Shown piece by piece: positions 58,049-64,000 of a DNA stretch of 64,000 nucleotides; position 1 is the first letter of the stretch; every line of letters begins with the position of its first letter. The stretch spans positions 507,588 to 571,587 of the forward strand of contig CAVTZR010000005.1 in NCBI GenBank assembly GCA_963739265.1. The letters run 5' to 3'. The stretch is from an uncultured Chloroflexia bacterium (lineage in GTDB: Bacteria; Chloroflexota; Anaerolineae; Anaerolineales; Villigracilaceae). Position numbers and translations under genes: made by a program. A model generated the notes under the pieces. The model was not told the origin of the DNA, ran no database searches, and saw nothing but the letters and a program-made list of their open reading frames with translations.

Positions 58049-60847
58049 TTAGGTGAGCACCTGCATTTCGCCCCAGTTTGTGCCCCAGCGGGCCTCGGTT
58101 AACAGCGGGATGTCGAGGGCATAGGCCGAGGCCATAACGTCCTGCACCAGTGTGGCAGTCCTGGCCAACTCGACCTTCGGCACCTCGAGCACGAGCTCAT
58201 CGTGCACCTGCAGCAGCATCTGCGCGGCGAGACCTGCCTTCTGAAGCGCCGGGGGGATGCGCAGCATGGCGATCTTCATGATGTCGGCTGCGGTGCCCTG
58301 GATCGGGGCGTTGATGGCCTCGCGCTCCTCCCGGTTCTTCGCGGCCACGTTGATCTTGGACTGCAGGGCGGGGAAGTAGCGCCGCCGTCCGAGCAGGGTT
58401 TCGACGTAGCCATCCGGTCGCTGCCTGCTTGCGGATTCCATCCAGATACTTCTTCACACCGGGGAACGCGGGCAAAGTAGGCGTTGACGAAGTTCTCGGC
58501 CTCTGCCAGCGTCAGGTCGGTGACCGCGGGCGAGGCCGAAGGGGGACATGCCGTAGATCAGACCGAAGTTGATGGCCTTGGCGTGTCGGCGCATGCTCCT
58601 TGGTGACCTGGTCAAGCGGGACGTTGTAGATGGCGGCGGCGGTCGTGGCGTGAATGTCCTGGCCGGCGCGGAAGGCGGAGAGCATGCCCTCGTCCTGGGC
58701 CATGTGGGCGACGATGCGCAGCTCGATCTGGGAGTAGTCGACCGAGAGCAGCACGTTGCCCGGCGCAGCGATGAAACCGTTGCGGACGCGGCGTCCCTCC
58801 TCGGTGCGGATCGGGATGTTCTGCAGATTGGGGTTGGACGATGAGAGGCGGCCGGTGACCGCGCCGGTCTGGCTGTAGGAGGTGTGGACGCGGCCGGTCT
58901 TGGAGTCGACCGCGGCAGGCAGCGCCTCCACGTAGGTCGACTTGCAGCTTCGAGAGCTCGCGGTGTTCGATGACCATATCGACCACGGGGTGCTTGCCGC
59001 TCAGGGCATCCAGGACGTCCCCCGAAGTGGAGAAATGACCGCTGGCGGTCTTGCGGCCGCGATCCGGCGGCTCGAGTCGCAGCCGGTCGAAAGAGGATCT
59101 CGGAGAGCTGCTGGGTCGAGTTGAGGTTGAAGGTCTTTCCAACCTTCTCGTAAACCTGCTTCTCGATATCGGCCATGCGCTTCGCCAGTTCCGCGGAGAG
59201 CTTCTTGAAGAACGGCAGGTTGAGCAGCACGCCGCTCATCTCCATGTGGGCCAGGACCGAGATCAACGGTGTCTCCACCTCGTCCATGAGCTTGAGCCCG
59301 TGCACGCGCTCGAGTTCGGACTGCATGATGGGCAGCAGGCGCAGCGTGGTCTCGGCATCGGCGGCGGCGTACGCGGCCGCGGAGTCGAATGGCCACCTCG
59401 GCCATGCTGAGCTGATGCTTGCCGCGTTCCGATCAGGTCCTCGATGTGGGTCATCTCCTCGCCGAGGCGGGCGAAGGCCAGGTTCTTCAGGCCCAGGTTG
59501 CGCGAGGACGGATCGACCAGGAACTCGGCGATCATCGAGTCAAAGGCCAGCGGCTTGACCCAGAGTCCGTGGCGGGCCAGGACGATGTAATCGTACTTGG
59601 CGTTGTGGGCGATCTTGGGGACGCGGGCGTTCGTCATCGGGCCGCGCAGGACGCCCATCACCTGCTCGAGCGGAAGGTTGGTCCCGGCGAGGTGACCAAC
59701 GGGGATGTAGAGCCTTGGTCTTCTTTGACGGCGAGCGAGATGCCGACGAGGTCGGCCTGCATCTCATCGGTGGAGGTGGTCTCGGTGTCGAACGAGATGA
59801 CCTTGGCGTCTGCCAACGCGTGGCCGAGGTCTTCGAGCTTTTCGGGCGTGTCGACGATCTTCACCTCGATGGCCGACTTGGGTTCGGCAATCGCCGATGG
59901 CGATCGGCTCGTTGCGGAACATCGACATCTGGGTCGAGGCGGCCTGCCTGTCAGCGGTCGTCGGCGGCTTCGCGGCCGGTGAGCTTGTTCAGGGTCTTGA
60001 TCAACGTGCGGAACTCGAGCTATTCAAAGAAGGCCGCGATCCGGTCCGCGTCGAAGACGTGTGACTTGGCGTTCTCGAGGTCCAGTTTGAGCTTGAGGTC
60101 GGTGCGGATGCGGGCCAGGTCGTAACTCTTGTAGGCCATCTCCTTTCCCGCCTCCAGTTTGGTCTTCCAGCGCTTCTCAACCTCGTCGATGTGTCCGTAG
60201 ATGCCGTCGAGGCTGCCGTACTTTTCCAGCAATGCAATGGCGGTCTTTTCGCCGACGCCTGCCACGCCGGGTATGTTGTCGGACTTGTCTCCGACGATGG
60301 CTTTGTAGTCCACCACCTGGTCGGGGCGGACGCCCAGCTTGCGGACGACGTCCTGGTCAGTGACGTAGTTCTGGTCGTCTCCGGCGAGATAGACCGCGGT
60401 GCGCGCGTTGACCAGCTGCAGCAGGTCGCGGTCGCCCGTGACGATCTTGACGCCCATGCCTTGGTCGGCGCAGACGCGGGCGATGGACCCGAGGACATCA
60501 TCGGCCTCGTAGCCCTCCATCTCGAGCCGGGGGATGTTGAAGGCGTCGACCATTTCGCGGATGCGGCCGAGCTGTGCGCGCAGGTCGTCGGGCATTTTGG
60601 CGCGAGTGGCCTTGTACTCGGGGAAGATCTCGTGGCGGAAGGTCTTGCCGGTATCGAAGGCGACTGCCAGGTACTCAGGCTGTTCCTGCTCGAGGATGCG
60701 CAGGAGCTCGCGGGCGAAGCCGTAGATGCCGGCGGTGGGCTCGCCCTTCGAGGTCTGCCAGCGGGTGGAGGAGCCGCCGGCCGTGAGGGCGAAATACATG
60801 CGGTAGGCGAGGGCATGGCCATCAATGAGATAGAAAGTGGGAGGCAT
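58049..60847 (-). CDS. polA: DNA polymerase I, at least 8 frame breaks in this assembly
   Basis: The 5' nuclease domain ([14 protein letters not shown].., TGDRDLLQL) is intact. The 3'-5' exonuclease (ISFDTETTS) and polymerase motifs ([34 protein letters not shown]) are scattered over many frames. Confidence 0.85.
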
Positions 60848-60857
60848 GGCATTTTCC

Positions 60858-60885
60858 GATTTCGGATTTCAGATTGAGGATTGAA
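60858..60885. repeat. Four tandem heptamers GATTTCG GATTTCA GATTGAG GATTGAA directly upstream of the polA ATG
   Basis: Read directly from the sequence. The repeats occupy -11 to -38 relative to the polA start, where no Shine-Dalgarno sequence is visible. Confidence 0.7.
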
Positions 60886-61364
60886 GAGACAAGATATGCA
60901 CCACGAAGGGCACACGGGAGCACGAAGAGGAACGAAGGGGGACGAGGTAAGTATACATCGGGTAGCAGTGCCTCCGGCACGAGTAGGTTATGCGCTGAAA
61001 AGAGGATTCGCGTGACCGGTTCAATTGAGGTTCAACCCTCCCTCTCACGCAGCGGGGGGAAGCCAGGAAAGGCCTGTGCAAATTGGCCAGTGTGTTTGCC
61101 CGTGCGCCCTTCGGCGCACCGATAGGTGACGCTCGCTGGTCCTGCGGCCCTTTGGCCCCCGGATGGGCGATGGTCGCTTGGGGCTCCCTCGCCCGAAGGT
61201 TCAACCCTCCCCATCGCAGTTGGACCTGTCCAAACGCGCTTTCCGTCCTTCCGCCAGAGTTCGAACCTATGCGCACGGTGACGAGTGGGAATGCCGGTTT
61301 CAATGAATTTTTTTCTTGCCCCGCTGCTTGCGCCCCGCGCAGCGACCTGACGAATTGGACTGCC

Positions 61365-61724
61365 TCATTCATGACCACGCTCGCTTCTCCATTTCGCGAG
61401 GCGGCCTTGTACTGGCTCCGGCCCCTTGTCTTGGTGTTGTTGGGTAACGCTGTGTCTGTCGGAGCCGCCCTTCCAGCTCTCCTTGATGAATTCATTGAGA
61501 TCACGCGCACGGATGCGAAGTATGCGCCGGAAAGATACGCTGGGCAGCTCTCCGCTCCAAATCAGTCGATACACGAGGCCGCGGCTGACCTGCAGAATGC
61601 GCGCCACGTCCGCTGCGGTCAGCACTTGGTCCTTGCTCGCGGCGCGTGCAGTTGTAGTGGTCTGCTCGTAACGCCTTTCCTTGACAAGCCGTACTTTCTT
61701 CCGCAAGTTGTCCTCCCTACGCAC
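61365..61724 (-). CDS. Excisionase-type (HTH_17/MerR-like) DNA-binding protein
   Basis: The HTH is ..VLTAADVARILQVSRGLVYRLIWSGELPSVSFRRILRIRARDLNEFI.. . A more likely start is the TTG at 61706, 4 nt after AGGGAGGA. Confidence 0.6.
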   Translation of the reverse strand: MRREDNLRKKVRLVKERRYEQTTTTARAASKDQVLTAADVARILQVSRGLVYRLIWSGELPSVSFRRILRIRARDLNEFIKESWKGGSDRHSVTQQHQDKGPEPVQGRLAKWRSERGHE

Positions 61725-61778
61725 TCCGACGGCGCATGCCTCGGAGTGTGCAGGAGCGGCTCAAAGTCGCCCAACATC

Positions 61779-61807
61779 ATTGTATAGAACACTTGTTCTA
61801 ATGTCAA
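61779..61807 (-). promoter_or_regulatory. Near-consensus promoter with a GAAC-N4-GTTC (LexA/Cheo-type) box in the spacer
   Basis: The minus strand reads TTGACA, a 17-nt spacer, then TACAAT. The spacer contains the 16-nt palindrome TAGAACAAGTGTTCTA (61785-61800). Confidence 0.55.
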
Positions 61808-62062
61808 GGAAGGGAGTTGTTCACTGATGCGCACCGAGTATCACTGGTGTGCATGGAGTGCATAGATTTTGAAAAAGGGCCGGAGTTGCGGGTTGGAGGG
61901 TAGAGGAGGGTTGCAAAGACAGGAGGATGGCGGACCGGTTGCGGGCGATCTCAGGGACGCCGAATCGGCTGGACCCTGCGAAGGGCAGCAAATCGACGGA
62001 TCGACCCGTGTAGGGCGGGCCCATCCGAAGGTGATCAAGACCGGCTTGCAGGCGCCGGTCTT

Positions 62063-62920
62063 CTAGCCAGGCGGCACGACGACGTACCGTCCGCACACAG
62101 ATAGGGTAATGTCGCCGTAGACCTGCGTCCGCGGGCCCGGCTTGTTATCCGCGCCGGTCCCAATGAATTGATAGATCAACCAGTTCTCCCGGCCGGTCAT
62201 GCCGCTGAGGGCTGACCCCTTCAGCGTGAACGTGAATTTGCCGTTGCCCGCAGACTGCATGTCGGCGCTCTGCCATTCCGTGTATTTCTCCGTGTCCTTG
62301 TCCCACAATTTGAAGAAGAGCACCATGTGCGGGACTTGCAACGAATCGGAGGCCTGAGCCTCGAGCGTGACCGACATCGGTCCGCAGGTCTTGTCTGCCA
62401 CATAGAAGTGATCAGTCGAAGCCCCGATGAAAGTGACAGTTGCCTGGGCCGCCGGCAAGGGCTTGGCAGTCGGCGTGAGCGTGGGGGTGGGAGAGGCCGT
62501 CGGTGTGATGGTGGGAGATACGGTCACGGTGATGATCGGTGAGACTGTGATGGTCGGTCCACCAATGGTGACCACGTGCATGTCCGGTGGGCTCCACTTG
62601 CCCGCGGCGTCTTGCGTGCGTGCCGTGATGGTGTATTGGCCCGGCTCCTGCGGATCCCACGGGTAGCGAACGGTCACCAACGGCTGGCCAAGATTTGTGG
62701 AATCCAAAGCCACGGGCTGCTCGTTGATGGTCAGTTCGACCGCGGCAGGGTTGCCGGCTGCACCGGCGTGGAAGATGATCTCATATGGCGCGAGAGGGAG
62801 GTTGCTGCCGTCCAGCGGGGCGTCAATCCAGGCCTGCGTCGTTCCCGATTGAGCGTACTGCAGATGGCAGCCCGTCAATAGGAGGCAAGCGAGAAGGGGA
62901 AGAAGTTTTCGAGGGGTCAT
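62063..62920 (-). CDS. Lipoprotein with an Ig-like domain, a Pro/Thr linker and a C-terminal beta domain
   Basis: It has a signal peptide plus the lipobox LLLTGC, followed by the PT-rich linker ..TVSPTITPTASPTPTLTPT.. . Confidence 0.65.
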   Translation of the reverse strand: MTPRKLLPLLACLLLTGCHLQYAQSGTTQAWIDAPLDGSNLPLAPYEIIFHAGAAGNPAAVELTINEQPVALDSTNLGQPLVTVRYPWDPQEPGQYTITARTQDAAGKWSPPDMHVVTIGGPTITVSPIITVTVSPTITPTASPTPTLTPTAKPLPAAQATVTFIGASTDHFYVADKTCGPMSVTLEAQASDSLQVPHMVLFFKLWDKDTEKYTEWQSADMQSAGNGKFTFTLKGSALSGMTGRENWLIYQFIGTGADNKPGPRTQVYGDITLSVCGRYVVVPPG

Positions 62921-62940
62921 GGCTCACGCTCCTGTTGCGA

Positions 62941-64000
62941 TCAGGGCCTGTATTGCTGGGTGTCTTGCATGCTCCCATATTGGGAGGGTGGGCAGGGCGC
63001 GGTCTGCTTGGTGATCACATCAGTGCACATCAAAACAGCATTGACAGTGATGACATAGCCGGGGCTGGTCAGGAGCCGCGTACTGCAAATGGCAGGCTTA
63101 TCTTTGTACGGCGGGTACTGGTAAATGCTCTCCTGGGGCAGTTTCAAAATGATGGGCAGTGTCAGCGGTGTCCCCGCGGCGAGGTTGCCCGGCACTGGCA
63201 AGTCAACTGGCGGGTAGAGGGTGCCCTGGGCCGGTTCGGGGACAGGCAGATCCAGATACCCTTGCATAAACACGTGATTGGCATCGTAGCCGAACCCAAA
63301 GGGGCAGCGAAAGGTCTGACCCACCGAGGCGTCGTTGCTGATGGTGGATGTCACCAGCAGCCTGTATTCATACTGCCGAGCGGAGGTTACGATCGCCTGA
63401 CTATTGCGGGTGATCTGCACCTCTGCTACGGCGGGTTGATAGGAGGCGCCGTCTATGGGCTCCACCGTGATCCCGTCCGGGAAACACATCGGCGACTTGC
63501 CGTCAGCGCGCCGTATTCTCTCCGCCCGGGAAGCAGGCCGGTTGACTGCCTGCTTGCTTCAATGCATCCGCTGTGGCTTTGAGGCCCTGCTCGATATTCC
63601 ACTTGCAGAGACCCCCGCATTCAACACCGGATTCTTCGAGCGCCGCATTCACTGCATAGTTGAGACCATCGTCGATCAATTGATCGGTCGTCGGCAAATT
63701 CGGCGGGATGCCAGTGAAATAGGTGACGGCGAGATTGAGGCCGGTCATCAGTCGATCCTGGCAGGTCTGTTCACACGAACCCGTGAATGGTTCGACTACG
63801 AATTTCGCCATCAGGTATACGATCCCGCCCTTCAGTTGGTTGAACGTCTCGACGACGAGGTCCCAGGAGGACTTGATCGCCCCCCACAGGTCACCCCAGA
63901 AGCCTCCCTCTTCTGGGGCCGGGGCAGCCGAGGGACACTGGACGTAGCCCGAGGCAGCTTTTGCCTTGGCGTCCGCCACGGCCGCATCGATCGCCTGAGC
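62941..64000 (-). CDS. Cys-containing secreted/hypothetical protein, 5' end beyond the window, probable frame break near 63495
   Basis: The upstream frame (63503-64000) is open to the window edge. The downstream frame (62941-63489) is also open upstream of its first ATG. I do not recognise a family. Confidence 0.4.

Noticed and set aside
61255-61285. tRNA 3' half (GAGTTCGAACC T-loop-like sequence followed by CGCACGG)
   Set aside because: The T-stem pairs only 4/5. No D-arm or anticodon arm lies at the proper distance, and the complementary 7-mer is ~170 nt upstream. It is not a tRNA as it stands and is kept only as a possible att or tRNA remnant.

Overview
This is a 64 kb window of high-GC bacterial chromosome. 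The gene content suggests a Chloroflexota-like organism, but that is an impression only and has not been searched. Most of the window is housekeeping: lutABC, an alpha-glucan phosphorylase, an M29 aminopeptidase, a bi-domain oxidoreductase/heparinase II-III/GT4 polysaccharide module, an M14 peptidase, a DprE2-like SDR plus DprE1-like FAD oxidoreductase pair, sthA, lipB, clpC, polA and one tRNA-Glu(CUC).

There are three accessory patches:
- A lower-GC phage/toxin-antitoxin-like islet at 1-3.7 kb.
- One IS3-family insertion sequence at 30.18-31.49 kb.
- A small HTH_17 gene at about 61.4-61.8 kb, whose near-consensus promoter carries a GAAC-N4-GTTC (LexA-type) box.

The most unusual region is 39.3-57.7 kb, where every gene lies on the minus strand. 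Predicted promoters and a terminator divide it into units.
- Unit A runs MraZ-like, NarL response regulator, P-loop ATPase, a protein with a novel N-domain plus TPRs, two TPR / disordered-linker / TPR proteins, then a membrane protein.
- Unit B runs a catalytically dead IS200-like Y1 domain protein, an Mrr-like nuclease, a second N-domain+TPR paralogue, a 7TM-PAS-GAF histidine kinase, then a NarL response regulator.
- A ~770-aa TPR protein lies upstream of both units.

I could not match this architecture to any named system.

Caveat: at least 30 reading-frame breaks are visible, several at homopolymer runs. They hit essential genes (polA at least 8 times, clpC 3 times), so they are probably assembly indels rather than real pseudogenes. 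No rRNA genes or CRISPR arrays were seen.
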